A stretch of DNA of 64,000 bases from Balamuthia mandrillaris (Eukaryota). Positions 11,205 through 23,967 of this stretch are shown piece after piece. The translations under genes were made by a program, and so were the position numbers. The notes below the pieces were generated by a model. The model made no database searches. It was not told where the DNA came from and saw nothing but the letters and a program-made list of their open reading frames with translations. Position 1 is the first letter of the stretch. Each line of letters begins with the position of its first letter. The stretch is from positions 248,001 to 312,000 of the forward strand of contig JAVKOQ020000014.1 in assembly GCA_031835245.2 (NCBI GenBank). The letters run 5' to 3'.

Positions 11205-12161
11205 ATGTACGATAAACCGAATCTTCGCCCTCTTCGCTCCAAGCACAACTTTGGCTCTACCGTTCGCAACGAACAAGCAAGTTTGTTATCTCCTTCCTCT
11301 CGCTTTCTTCGTTGTTTTTGTAGTACTAATTTCGGTTTGTTGCCCATCATTAAAGTGGTGGAGAACGAACAAAAGAAGAGTTTGAGATATGTTCGCTTTG
11401 TTTATGACCCTGAGACCAGGACACATCGCCAAGAACAAGCTCTGATGGTGGACTCCTTCGGTCTGCTACCCGAACAAAGTTTGTGGTCTTCTTCCTCCTT
11501 TTTTCTGTCTCTCCCTGCTTCTAACTCGTTGGCGATCTAGCTTACAGTCTCAACAAACAAGACCGATGGGGCACGCTCTCACAGCTTAAAAAGAACTCTG
11601 AGTATACTCGTCGGTGTTTGAGTGGTACTTATTTCCACCTTCCGATATACGCCTTTTGGTCTTTGTAATCCCCAAGCGCTAACTTTTGCTGGTTACAGAA
11701 GAAACAAAGCTACCCACGGATGAAACCGCGATCGTTCTCCTTCAAACCAACGAACCACTGTTTCAACTCTGTCACATTCCTTTTGTTCGCCTTTTGCCCG
11801 ACCAGGGTGAAGCAAAGGAAGAGGAGTTCACTTACAAGAAAACAAGAAGCGGGAGAGAAGTAGTCAAGAAGAACAAATCCAGTCGCAAACAAAAGAATGC
11901 TTCAGGTTCGTCCGCCTTCGGGCCACAAAGTAAGAACTAAGGACTAAATTCTTTCGTTATCATTTCCCTTCTGTGTTACAACAAACAGATGCCAGGGTGA
12001 TCCATGAAGGAGAGGTGTTGGTATACTTTTGGTCTGGCGAATCCCAGGGCAAGAAGCAAACAAGAAAGTTTACCTGCACCTGTTGCCAGGGGTATCCAGA
12101 ACATGTGTCCCGTGCCGCTCGGAAGCACTCTCTCATGAACGAACTCCTTCGCGCTGCTTAG
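11205..12161 (+). CDS. Unknown five-exon protein, tandem paralogue 1
   Basis: Exons MYDKPNLRPLRSKH / RYVRFVYD...DSFGLLP / LNKQDRW / DETAIVLL...HIPFVRL...KKTRSGREV / VIHEGEVLVYFW...CTCC; intron positions shared with three downstream copies. Confidence 0.75.
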
Positions 12162-12516
12162 GTTACCTGACTTCATCGAGCTGTCCATATGAACCCCATG
12201 CACACGATGGGCTGGTTATTCAGCTTAGAGAACCTAGGCTAAATTCATAACAAACCCTTTACAAGCATTCATTCCTTTTTGCTTCTTCTCCTACTCATCC
12301 ACAAACCATTCTTCCCTCTCTTAACCCTCCGGGAACAGTTGATATCGTTTGGCAACGTCGGTGGTTGGTACCATAGCAAAGAGACTGAGGAAAAAATATT
12401 CCGATTTTATTCTGATTTTTTTTTATGTGAAATAATTGTTTTCTTCCGTTGAAAAATTTGATTATATAAATAATTATTCTTATTGTCGAAACATCAAAAA
12501 AAAGAAGAAAAACGAG

Positions 12517-13812
12517 ATGGAGGAGAAGCCAAACCTGAGGCCCACGCGAACCAAGTACAAACATGGCGCCACCATGAGAGAAGAATTTGCTGGTAACCGT
12601 TTTGTTTTTTTCGTTTCTTGTTTAAAATTTGTTCTCATCTCTCTTTCGTCATAAAACAGTGAAAGGCACGCATGATAAGGAGACGTTGCAGTTTACTCGC
12701 TTTGTCTACGATGAGTCGAGCGGGTGTCATCGTCAGCAAGGTCGCAGCGAGGAATTTGTCGATGCTTTTGGTTTCATTCCTGGAAAAGGTTTTCCCTTTT
12801 TTTTAAGCTTTTGGCTCTTTCTTTTCTTTTTCTTCTTTTGGTTTTTGTGACTCACCGTGCAACTCGTTGAATAGAGTATAGTTTGAACAAACAAGGCCGA
12901 TGGGAGATTCTTGCTCAAATCCAGAAGGAGGCAGAGAACTTCCGTCGTGCTCTGACAGGTCTCTCTTCTCTCTCTCGTTCTCTCATGCTCTCTTGTTCTC
13001 TTGTTCTCTCTTCTCTCTCCTCTCCTCTCCTCTCCTCTCCTCTCCTCTCCTCTCCTCCCCTCTCCTCTCCTCTCCTCTCCTCTCTCTCCTCTCCTCTCCT
13101 CTCCTCTCCCTCTCCTCTCCTCCTCTCCTCTCTCCTCCTCTCCTCTCCTCTCCTCTCCTCTCCTCCTCTCCTCTCCTCTCCTCTCCTCTCCTCTCCTCTC
13201 CTCTCCTCTCCTCCCCTCCCGCTCTCCTTCTCTCTTATTTTTCACTCTTTGCTCTTTTTGTCTAACCTTTCAACAAAACAGAGGAAGGAGAGGAGAGGCC
13301 CTCACCAGATGAAACAGTGGTGGTGTTGCTTGAGAACAACAACAACCACCGACATTCCTTGAGTCATGTGCCATTCATTCGCTTGAAGCCCATCGACAGC
13401 GATGAGGAGGAGGAATACGTGTACAGACAGACAAGAACGGGGCGTGCTGTTGAGAAGAAGAACAAGTCCAGCAGGCGCGCTAGCGCTGAGCAACAAGGTT
13501 TGTGTTGGTTTTATGAGAGAAGATACGAAGAGAAAAGAGAGAGAAAGAGCAAGATGAGGGAAGAAGGAGAAGGAGAAGACGAAGTGGTGAACGAGAGAAA
13601 CTGCGATTGAGCTACTTTTATACTAATATTATCTGTCTCTTGCTCGCTCAGATGTAATTCACGAAGGAGATGTCATTGTATACTTTTGGGAGAGCGGCAA
13701 CAAAAGCAAGAAACAAACCATGGCGTACCGTTGCAAATGCTCCTATTGCACCGGCATGCATCTCGACCGTCACAACAAGAAGAAGGTGTTGATGACCGAA
13801 GCCCTCAAGTAA
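12517..13812 (+). CDS. Unknown five-exon protein, tandem paralogue 2
   Basis: MEEKPNLRPTRTKYKHGATMREEFA...VIHEGDVIVYFWESG...RCKCSYCTGMHLDRHNKKKVLMTEALK*. Confidence 0.8.
13012..13215. repeat. (TCTCC)n pentanucleotide microsatellite in an intron
   Basis: Directly visible. Confidence 0.9.
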
Positions 13813-14128
13813 ATGTTTGGCTTAGGGACAACGAAAAGTAGAAGGACCAAAAGAACGGGAGGGGTAATGGAGTCTGCAGAAGAAAAGAAGAACAAGGAGA
13901 AGGAGAAGAAGAACAAGAAGAACAAGAAGAATGAAGAAGAAAAATAAAATTCTGAAGTAGTCGACAAATATTAAAAAGTGGAAAAATATCAGTCGACAAA
14001 TTATGCGATAATTTCGATATCCGATATTTTTCAGCAAATAGTTTACCTGAAAATTTTTTTCCAGCGATAAATTCTTTTAAATAAATTCACAGCAAACAAA
14101 AAACGTTACACACAACAAACAACAGACG

Positions 14129-15120
14129 ATGGACGCGAAGCCAAACTTGAGGCCCACGCGCACTAAGTACAAACACGGTGCTACCGTGAGAGAAGAATTT
14201 GCTGGTAACGTTTTGCTCCCAAAAGGGTTTCTTTTAAAAGTTGTTCTCTCGTCTCACGCTTCTTGCTATCCAAGTTGAAGGTTCCTCCGATAAGGAGACG
14301 TTGCAGGTGGTTCACTTTTTATACGATGAGTCGACTGGGAGTCATCATAAGGGTGGAAGAACAGATTTTGACTATCCATTTGGGTTCCTTCCTGGACGAA
14401 GTAATGTTTTTTGCCATCGTTCATATATCAAAGCCTTTTTTAAAGACTAATTTGATATGAACAGACTACAGTTTGGACAACAAGGTCGATGGGAGGCGCT
14501 CGCTCAAATCAAACAGGAAGCAGAGAGCTTCCGTCGTGCTCTTACTGGTTTGTTTCTCTTATCTCCTCCTGGTCTCTTTCACTCTCTCACTCTCTCTCAC
14601 TCTCTCGTTGTCTCTTCTCGTTTTGCTAACCTTTCAACAACTGACAAAACAGAGGAAGGAGAGGAGAGGCCCTCACCAGAGGAAACGGTGGTAGTGTTGC
14701 TGGAGGATAACAACAATCGCCGACATTCCTTGAGACAAGTGCCATTCATTCGTTTGAAACCCAACAACAGCGATGAGGATGAGGAGGAAGAATACATGTA
14801 CAGACAGACAAGAACGGGGCGTGCTGTTGAGAAGAAGAACAAATCTCGCAGACGCGCTAGCACCGAGCAACAACAAGGTTTGGGTTCGTTTCCTTAGAGT
14901 AGGAAGAGAAAAGTGCAGCACCTGAAGAGGAGGCGTTACTTACTCTCTTTATGTCACAGATCTAATCCACAAGGGAGATGTCATCGTTTACTTTTGGGAG
15001 AGCTGCAAGAAAAGCAAAAAGCAAACCCTCATCCACGACTCCATGTGTCCGTGTTGCGCCCTCCAGCCTCCAGACCGTCACCACAAGAAAAAAATCCTGA
15101 TGAACGAAGCTCTCCGGTGA
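14129..15120 (+). CDS. Unknown five-exon protein, tandem paralogue 3
   Basis: MDAKPNLRPTRTKYKHGATVREEFA...LIHKGDVIVYFWESC...MCPCCALQPPDRHHKKKILMNEALR*. Confidence 0.8.
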
Positions 15121-15690
15121 TTGATATGCTTTGGGCAAAAAACGAGAGAAAGCTGACTGAAGATGCATGAACCAAAGAGAAAGGAGAAGGAGATTTGGGT
15201 GGAGCTGTGTGCATTTAGAGAGATGTTTCGAATGTAGAATAGATAACAATCTCTCATATCGGAGGATATCAATAACAAAGACACTTTATCATATGGTCAG
15301 ATAATACTGCATTTTGTGCTATGTTATCAATCTTTTCTGACCGTAAGAAAAGAGAAGGACGAAATAATAGGAGAACAAAAGCGGCAACATAAATATATTT
15401 ATATGTATATATATTTTGTCATGTAACAAATGATCCACGAAGCTGTGATAGAATGAAATGAGGCTAAGAAAGGGGGTGGAATGTTGCAGGGAAGCATGCA
15501 TTCATTGAAATTATCTGAATAAGCCAGAAAAATTTTCAAATTTTTTTGATATTCTAGCTATTTTCAGATTATCTCGAATTTTTCTGATTTTTCCTGATTT
15601 CAGTGAAATTTTTCAACTTCCTCAAAAAAAAAAATAAAATTCCATCGATATCTCCATTTGCCAACTAAAAAGAGAGCAACATCCAAGTTC

Positions 15691-17185
15691 ATGGAGGAGA
15701 AGCCAAGCCTGAGGCCCACGCGAGCCAAGCACCAACATGGCGCCACCATGAGGGATGAATATGCCGGTAACCGTTTTATTATTTGTCTCTGTTCTTCTTC
15801 GTTTGGATACTTACTTTCTTTTGCTGCTATTTTTTTTTTTGATTAAAAAGCAAAGGGCGCCGCTCACGTGAAAGACAGGTTACAGTTTCGCCGCTTCCGC
15901 TATGCGTCCAGAGATGGAACTCATCGCCTCTCCGAAAGGGATGAAGAACCTGATCCTTTCGGTTTTTTGCCTGGCGAATGTACGAAGCTTCATTCTTTTC
16001 GTTAATGTTTTCAAGAGCAAAAGTCTTTGGGAGGCTAAAAGGTCAAAACAGCTTATAGTCTGAACAAACAAGTACGTTGGCACGCACTTGCTCAAATCAA
16101 AAAGGATACAGAGAACTTCCGTCGCGCTCTTACTGGTTTTTCTCTTCCCTCTTCTTGTGTTCTCCTTGTTCTTCTTCTTCTTGTTCTTCTTCTTGTTCTT
16201 CTTCTTCTTCTTGTTCTTCTTCTTCTTCTTGTTCTTCTTCTTGTTCTTCTTGTTCTTCTTCTTGTTCTTCTTGTTCTTCTTCTTGTTCTTCTTGTTCTTC
16301 TTCTTGTTCTTGTTCTTGTTCTTGTTGTTCTTCTTCTTCTTCTTGTTCTTCTTCTTGTTCTTCTTCTTCTTGTTCTTGTTGTTCTTCTTCTTGTTCTTGT
16401 TGTTCTTCTTCTTGTTCTTCTTGTTCTTCTTGTTCTTCTTGTTCTTCTTCTTGTTCTTGTTGTTCTTCTTCTTGTTCTTCTTGTTGTTCTTGTTGTTCTT
16501 GTTCTTCTTCTTCTTCTTCTTGTTCTTCTTTTTCTTCTTCTTCTTCTTCTTCTTCTTCTTCTTCTTCTTCTTCTTCTTCTTCTCCGCTCTTTTCTCTCTC
16601 TTTCATCTCTTCTCTTTAACTTGACCGAAGTCTAACGAACAATCTCCAGCGGAAGGAGAGAAGAGGCCATCACCAGACGAAACGGTGGTGGTGTTGCTTG
16701 AAACCGACAATGACTATCGGTATCCCTTGTGTCAAATCCCGTTCATTCGTTTGAATCCCAACAGCAGCGATAAAGAGGAAGAGGAGGAAGAATATGTGTA
16801 TAAACAAACTCGAAAGGGGCGTGCCGTAGAAAAGAAGGATACGTCGAGCAGACGTGCCGTTCATGGTCACCAAGGTCTCTTTCTTCCTCAGAGAAGGAAA
16901 GGAGATAAGAGGAGAGAGGAGAGATAAAGAAGCGAAAAAGGCAGGGGAGAGAAACAGAGAAATTAACAGAAGGAGAGAAGGGAAGGGAAACAAAGATGAG
17001 AACTAACAAGCGCTCTCACAACAGATATAGTGCACGAAGGCGATGTCATCGTTTACTTTTGGCAAAGCGGCAAGAAAAGCAAAAAACAAACCATCATTCC
17101 CCGTTGCAGGTGTTCGTGGTGCACTGCCAAATACCTCGAACGTCACATGAAGAAAAAGGTGTTGCTTACCGAAGCACTTCAGTAA
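15691..17185 (+). CDS. Unknown five-exon protein, tandem paralogue 4
   Basis: MEEKPSLRPTRAKHQHGATMRDEYA...IVHEGDVIVYFWQSG...RCRCSWCTAKYLERHMKKKVLLTEALQ*. Confidence 0.8.
16151..16582. repeat. (TTC/TTG)n compound trinucleotide repeat in an intron
   Basis: Directly visible; lies in the intron equivalent to the one holding (TCTCC)n in paralogue 2. Confidence 0.9.
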
Positions 17186-17294
17186 ACTTGAAGAAGTGGA
17201 AAATGAAGTAATGCAAACTAAGAAGACGAACTAAAGAGCAACGAAAGGAATAACGAGAGAACCAGAAAAGAAAGAAAGAGAAGAGCAAACATGT

Positions 17295-20200
17295 TTATGC
17301 GATCAAGGAATTAAGAGAACTTAAGCTCTTGTCAACATCAGCCAACTGCTTCTCCACTTCTACTATAGACTCCCTTGGTAGACGAAAAGAAAATCAGCAC
17401 CCAAGCAAAAAGAAAACGAATTGGAAAAACGTACTTGTCTTTCTGTCGAACGCTTTCAGGAACTTTTTCTGCATAAAACTCGGATGACATTCTTTGTTGG
17501 ATTCGTTGTTTGTCCTCTTCCAACTTTTGCTTCTTTTTGAGGAGTTTCTCGATTTCTTTTGTGGCGAACTCTTTGCTTTCTCCTTCTGTGGCCAATGGAG
17601 CAAACAATTGAGTGCGATGGTCCAATATCCGAACAGCAACTCCCTTTGGTTTTTGAGAAGTAAAAAAGAATTGAGGAAAACAAGAAAGAAAGAAAAGACA
17701 AGCACACTAAAAAGAAACATACATGAGGTTCAGGGCCATCTAAGCGAACATCCAAGCTTCCAGCTTTGGCAAGATGACAAATAAGCTCCTTTTGCTCCTC
17801 GAACAGCTCTTTCAGTTGCAGGTCGTTCGTTCTTAGCACCAACCCGAAAGAAGATCGGCGCAAGGAATGAGCATCACGCAACGATCGAGCAGCATGAACT
17901 ACTCCCATCACTTCTTTCATCGCTGCTTCTAATTCTTCCTTTGGAGAAGAAAAGGAAGAAGAAGGATAGAGACATTCGCCCAAGGCAGCAGGTTTGCTCC
18001 TCTTCAGTTCAGCATCAGAAGGCGAAGAGAGAATAGGCAAATGTTGCCAAAGTTCCTCGCTAACAAAAGGCATAAATGGATGAAGCAACTTGAAATAGGT
18101 GTCCAAACAATGAAGTAACACCGCTTTCATTCGTTCTCTTTCGTTGTTTTCGTTGCTGTACATTTTTGTGGCTTCGAGGAAGACATCGCAAAAGTCATCC
18201 ACGAAGAAAGCAGAAAGAGCACTCGTGGCAGTCGAAAGGTCAAAAGAGGAAAGACCGGAATCGCATTTCTGGATGAGGTCTTCCAATCTTGCTAAGATCC
18301 ATTTGTCCACCAGCCCTCCTTCTGTTTCTAGAGAAATATCTCTCGACAACCGCAAGACCGACTTTATGTTTATGTGTTGATTAGCGAAGACGATAAGAAA
18401 GCACACGAAAGAAGGAAAGCAAAAAAGATAATACATACAGGAAAAGTTGGTGAAGAGGAAGATAGGTCAAAGGATTGATCATGGAGGTACATCAACACGA
18501 ATTTAGTGGCGTTCCACATTTTGTTGCAAAAGTGTCGATTGGCCACCACTCTATTAACATCGAGGTTTATGTTTCTTCCCTATTGTAACCGTTAAGATGA
18601 AAGAATGAAGAGAATAGAGATGAGGAGAGAACGTAGAAGCAGAAGAGAGAACCTGTTGAGTATAATCTATCAAAGTGAAACGCAATGCATCGGTTCCACA
18701 CTGCGGAATACCTTTGGGAAAGTCAGTCTTCAATGCTTTGCGTGCTCTCTTCATTTCCGCCTCATCGATACTGCTATTGCTGCCTCCTTGCAGCATCTTC
18801 TCTTCCAGCTGCGACAGGGAGACGCCTTCGATGACGTCGATGGGATCTATGACGTTGCCAATGCTTTTGGACATTTTGCGGCCGTGAGCATCTCTCACCA
18901 TGGCGTGCAGCATCACTTCTTTGAAGGGTGGAATGTTTCCCTCTGAGAGAAACGTGCACATCATTGCCATTCGAGCCACCCAAAAGAAGAGGATATCTGC
19001 TCCTGTTTCCATTACAGATAATGGATAGAATTTCTGGATAGAAGAGGATAAGAAGAAAAAGAACAAAAAGAAGCAGAACAGAACAAGAGGAAGCTACCTG
19101 AAGATCGAGAGTCTTATCAGGCCATCCTAAAGCGGACAACGGAAAGAGAGAAGAGGAAAACCAAGTATCCAAAACATCTTCATCTTGCTGCAACCGAAAA
19201 GAGCCCGCTCTCAATCCAAACTTTTCCTTCGCCTCTCGTTCTGCATCTTCTGCACTTCTCGCGATGACCCATCTTTCTTCATCTTTCTTTTTGTTATCAT
19301 CGAGAATGAGTTTATACGCTGGAATGCGATGGCCCCACCACAATTGTCGTGAAACACACCAATCCTGCGAATTATCTTTGTTTAAAAAATGTTAGTTTCA
19401 AAATATAACAAAGCACACAAGACAAACTAACAAGAAGACACAAAATTCTACGCACTCAACCAACGAAACCATTCGTCCTTGTGAAACTGTGGAACAATTT
19501 CCATCTCACCCTCCCTCACCAGGCGTGCTGCCTCCTCTGCCATCGACTTGATTCTCACGTACCACTGTGGCTTCAAACGAGGCTCCAAAACGTCTCCTGA
19601 ACGGGAGCAAAGAGCGAGCCTCATTTCGTGTTCCTGTTTTCCTCGATAGAGACCTTTTTGCTCTAATGCCTCTATCACTTTGTTCCGTGCATCTAATCTA
19701 TCCATTCCCTAAAATAACCGTGAATTAATTTTTAGCTCTTGTTTTCTCTCTTCTCCTGTTGTGCACTTTCATCTCTCATGGTTTTTGTCCAAACTAACCT
19801 GGAAATCTCCAGCAGCACCGTTAAGTGTTCCATTGTCGTTTAGAATGTTGATTTGCTCCAAGTTATGACGAAGACCACATTGATAATCGTTTTCATCATG
19901 TGCTGGTGTAACTTTGACAACACCTGTACCGAGCTCCATGTCCACTAGCTGTCCATCTGTTATGATAGGTAGTTGTCGCCCTGTGAGAGGGTTTATCACA
20001 AAACGCCCATGATACATCTGTTCAACAACAGTGTAAGTAAAAAAAAAAGTCAGAGATCCAGGAAAACGATAAGAAAGAAGATAGAACACAGAAGCAAAAC
20101 CTGATAACGTGGATCGTTGGGATGCACTGCAACAGCGGTATCGCCTAGTATTGTTTCTGGCCTTGTGGTTGCAACTTCCAACTCGCCACCTCCCTCCACA

Positions 20201-20923
20201 GGATACGCAACACGATAGATAACTCCAAACTCGTGTTTCTTTTTTCGACCAGGCAGAGAAAGAAACGTTCTCTTGTTAACGGGCTCGTAATCTACCTACA
20301 AACGTCATTGAAGAAGTTATTGAAAGAACATGAAGAAAGGCAGAACGAATGAAGCACCTCAATATCAGAGATAACAGTTTCCAAATGGCAACACCAGTTG
20401 ATGAGCCGCGTGTTGCGATAGAGAAGCCCAGCCTCATGCAGCCGCACAAAGGCCTCAGTAACGGCTCGTTCTCTTTGGGAATCCATCGTGAAAACTTCTC
20501 GCTTCCAATCCAATGAAGCTCCTATCCGTTTCTTAAAGAAGAATGTAAGATTATACGTTTCCAAAGGAAAGAAAGAAAGAAAGCAGGAAAGAGTACCAAT
20601 TGTTGACAAATCCGACCACCACTGGCTTCCTTCCAGCGCCAGACTTCTTCCAGAAAACGTTCCCTGCCCAAATCGTGCCTTGTTTTCTTGTTGTGTTGCA
20701 CAAGTGAGCCAAGGAGAAAAGTGCCAAGAGCGAGTACGAGAGCGGTAAACAAACCCCTTGCTCTCGCATTAGTTTCTTTTCTACGACTGTTTGAGTCGCG
20801 ATACCGGCGTGGTCCAACCCTGGTAGATACAATGTGTTGTCGCCTTTCATTCTTCTCCATCGCACCAAAGCATCCTTTTTGGTAGAAGACTTTTGATGAG
20901 AGAACGGTAGCGAAACGAGAATT

Positions 20924-20962
<39 letters not shown>

Positions 20963-21655
20963 GAGAGAAGCGGAGAGAGCGGAGAGGCGAGAGAGAGGGA
21001 GGAAGAGAAGCGGGGAGAGAGAGAGAGAGAGAGAGAGAGAGGGGAGAGAGAACAGAAAAGAGAAGAAGAAGAAGAAGAAGAAGAAGAAGAAGAAGAAGAA
21101 GAAGAAGAAAAGAACTACTAACAAGAAGAGACGAAAAAGAAGAAGAAGCAGAGCGTAAGAGAACCAAAGAAGCGACAGAGAAACAAACAGAGTTACTTTA
21201 CCTGAATGCTGTTGGTGAGGGTGTGGCCAAGGTGCAAAGAGCCGGTGACGTTGGGCGGCGGGATGACCATCGAAAAGACCGGCCGGCCATCTCCCCGAGG
21301 GTCGTTGTTCGCATGAAACGAGCCACGCGCCTCGTACCACTGATGCCAACCTTTGCTTTCCACCGCCACCTTTGAAGAAAACAACAGCGTGAGGGAAGAC
21401 GAAGAAAAGAAGAAGACGAAGGACCTCTTCTTCTTTCATCAAACAAAAACAAAAGGTGTAGCAGGAGCGAACGGGATCGTAAGCAGCGGCCAACGAGCCG
21501 AGCGGAGGTCTGGAAGCCTGCTCAGAAGCAGTGGTGGTCGCTTTACGCCGATGAAAGAACAGAGGCAGCGGTGAGCGAAGGGAAGAGTAAGAGGAGGAGG
21601 AGGATGGAAGGCAAAGCACCAGCGTGCTCCTTGTTCTTCCTCCTCTTCTCATCAT
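17295..21655 (-). CDS. VARS2: Valyl-tRNA synthetase, probably mitochondrial (multi-exon)
   Basis: HIGH-type motif [66 protein letters not shown]; Arg/Ser-rich presequence-like N-terminus. ValRS is secure; the mitochondrial assignment is inferred. Confidence 0.9.
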
Positions 21656-21720
21656 TTTTTCGATTTAGCTACCTAGGTGTTGCACTATTAGGTTGAGTGA
21701 TGCGGGTTAACTCGGTTTAG

Positions 21721-21856
21721 TTTGTCGACACCAAGATCATCGAACAGATTTTCAGTTTTTTTGAATTTTGATAGGTGCTTTGTATTAAACTTTGTCGACA
21801 TTAAGATCATGGAAACGATTTCTATTTTTTTGAATTTTAATAGGTGCTTTGAATTG
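21721..21856. repeat. Imperfect 70-bp direct repeat (2 copies), each starting TTTGTCGACA
   Basis: tttgtcgacaccaagatcatc...ttgaattttgataggtgctttg at 21721 and tttgtcgacattaagatcatg...ttgaattttaataggtgctttg at 21791. Confidence 0.85.
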
Positions 21857-21932
21857 TTAGCTAAAAATCGCTTCGCAAAGTTATTTTCCAAAGAATTGAA
21901 ACATTTTTTTTTCGATCGAAAGAAGACCACGC

Positions 21933-22445
21933 ATGCAAGTGAAAGATTTACTGCTGACAGCAACCAGTCCTGTTCAAACGGCAAAGCACACGGCTCTATG
22001 TCCTATGTGCTACCAGTACGTGCACCCGGGCATGCTGATTGGGCACGTCCCCCGCTGTTACGTCAGGTTCACCCTGGCGCAGGGCGTGATACCGCTGTGC
22101 ACGTGCATGACGTGCAAGGCGCAACGCCAACATCCTGGTGACCTTCTGCCCGGCGCGACAACCACAACAAGCACGGCGCATGGAAAGAGGACGAAAACGG
22201 GCAGGAAACGACCCCGTTTAACGCTCAAGCAGAAACAAAAGGAGGAGGAGGAGGAGGGAGAACGGGATGCAGAAGAAGATGCCGATGCAGAAGGTTTGCT
22301 TCTGCCTAAGCAATCGGAGGGAAAGCACTGCTGCCGCTGCAACGCGCGAACAAAGAGCTGCTCCACTGTCCATTTGGCGTCATCACAATCGGGCACCTCT
22401 GCCTCTCCGAGCCGGAAGGCGTTGCGTGCTGAAAAGCAAAAGTGA
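21933..22445 (+). CDS. Intronless Cys/His-rich putative zinc-finger protein, possibly truncated
   Basis: CPMC-x10-H-x3-C, CTCMTC...H, NLS-like KRTKTGRKRPR, acidic patch, CCRC. Confidence 0.5.
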   Translation: MQVKDLLLTATSPVQTAKHTALCPMCYQYVHPGMLIGHVPRCYVRFTLAQGVIPLCTCMTCKAQRQHPGDLLPGATTTTSTAHGKRTKTGRKRPRLTLKQKQKEEEEEGERDAEEDADAEGLLLPKQSEGKHCCRCNARTKSCSTVHLASSQSGTSASPSRKALRAEKQK

Positions 22446-22474
22446 AACGACGAAATAACAAGCTCTATTATTCC

Positions 22475-22800
22475 TCAAATGACAACGACTTCAGAGTCAT
22501 AAGCGTGGTGCTTGACATATCTATTGAACGAACGAAGGCGGCTTCAAACGGAGGGAAAAAAAAAGAGTAGGTAAGCACTATAACAACAAAAGAATAAATG
22601 CACATGAAAAATGTACCCTGTTCTTGGGGTGCCGCTCGCTTTGTCACGACGCGTGTGTCTGCCCACAACGATGATGTCCACCTTGAACTGGAGCGCCATT
22701 TGGCAGACCAGCTTGCGAGGGTCGTGATGCACTGGCACCAATATTGTGTAGTTCTAACGAGAGAGAAAGAGAGAGAGAATGAACACTTGGGAGGAGGACT

Positions 22801-22841
<41 letters not shown>

Positions 22842-23794
22842 GGAACCAATTTGCTGTCATCCAAAGCTTTCTTCAAAGGATAACACATTTGAACGGCATA
22901 CTTCCATCTTTTGTAATGCTCCTTGGTTTGGCTGCTGTTCTGAGTGGAGTACTCATGGAACGGGTTGAAACGAACTTTGTTGTATAGTCGCTGTTATGCA
23001 AAAGAACAAGAAAATAGGAACAAGCAAGGAGGAACAAAGGAAAGAGAGCGTGCCATGGATAATAAAGACATGGTCACGAGGGGTGGCCAAGCCGAGTACA
23101 TGCCGAAACGCCAAACAGCTGCCCTCCGTGTTGTCCACCGGCACCATGTACCGCTTGCCGCTCACTTGGCCCTCCTCATGGGCGCCCTTTACCAAGCAGT
23201 TGATGAGCAGCAGCTCTCTCATCTGAGGGAGGGAGGGCTCTTCCGGGGGAGACCACAGCTTGTGCTCTCTTCTCTTCGCTTTGCTTCTGACCTTCTTCGC
23301 TGCTTTCTGTTTGTCATTTCTATCAACGGTGGAATTATCTTTGGTTTCTTCTTCTGCTTTGTCTTCTACTTCTTCTTGTTGGCTGCTGTTTGCTTCTTCG
23401 CCGTCTTCTTCTTGTTGTTGTTGTTGCTGTTTTTTATGGTCGAGAAAGCGGAGCAGAAAGTCGGCAAAGTTTTCGCTGGAGCGAAGCACGAGGTTATCGT
23501 AGGCTTTGTCGCGTTCGTCCAGCAAGTGAGGTTTTCTTGCGTCTCCTTCTTCACCCCTTCCATCTTCGTAGGTTTCCTGTCGTTGTGTGCGTTGTTCTTC
23601 CGGTGTGCTGGTGATCTTTTGAACGGTAACCATTAACAAAAAAGAAATAGAAAGAAAAAATGTTTTCAGCAAACCATTTCATCGGAAGGAAACGGCGAAG
23701 GCGAAGGGTCAAGGATTGCGGTAGCATCGTCCGAGGCGGAATGGCGAAGGGCAGCAAGGTCCGTAAACGAGGTCAGGATAGGGGTGCCCTTCAT
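22475..23794 (-). CDS. Universal stress protein (USP) domain protein with long N-terminal extension (multi-exon)
   Basis: KRYMVPVDNTEGSCLAFRHVL...DHVFIIH; DPRKLVCQMALQFKVDIIVVGRH; last exon RSFNRYVKHHAYDSEVVVI*. Confidence 0.8.
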
Positions 23795-23889
23795 TCTGCT
23801 CTCCTGTGGCTTGTATGCAAGAAAGTGAGAACATTAGAGAAAATATACGATTACATCGCGTCGTCATGGATCTCCTAACCTTCCACTCT

Positions 23890-23946
23890 TCATGTCGTCA
23901 TTGGGAATAGTTATCATGTCGTCTCGGTAGTCATATTCATGTCGTC
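23890..23946. promoter_or_regulatory. Three TCATGTCGTC motifs in a divergent promoter
   Basis: Exact copies at 23890, 23914 and 23937, between the USP (-) and EEP (+) starts. Confidence 0.6.
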
Positions 23947-23967
23947 ACGATTTATGGGAAACACAGC

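Noticed and set aside
16077..16624. Poly-E/Q, poly-F and poly-S/C ORFs
   Set aside because: Translations of an intronic microsatellite; the same applies at 12.7-13.3, 33.7-34.5, 39.8-40.1 and 56.2-56.8 kb
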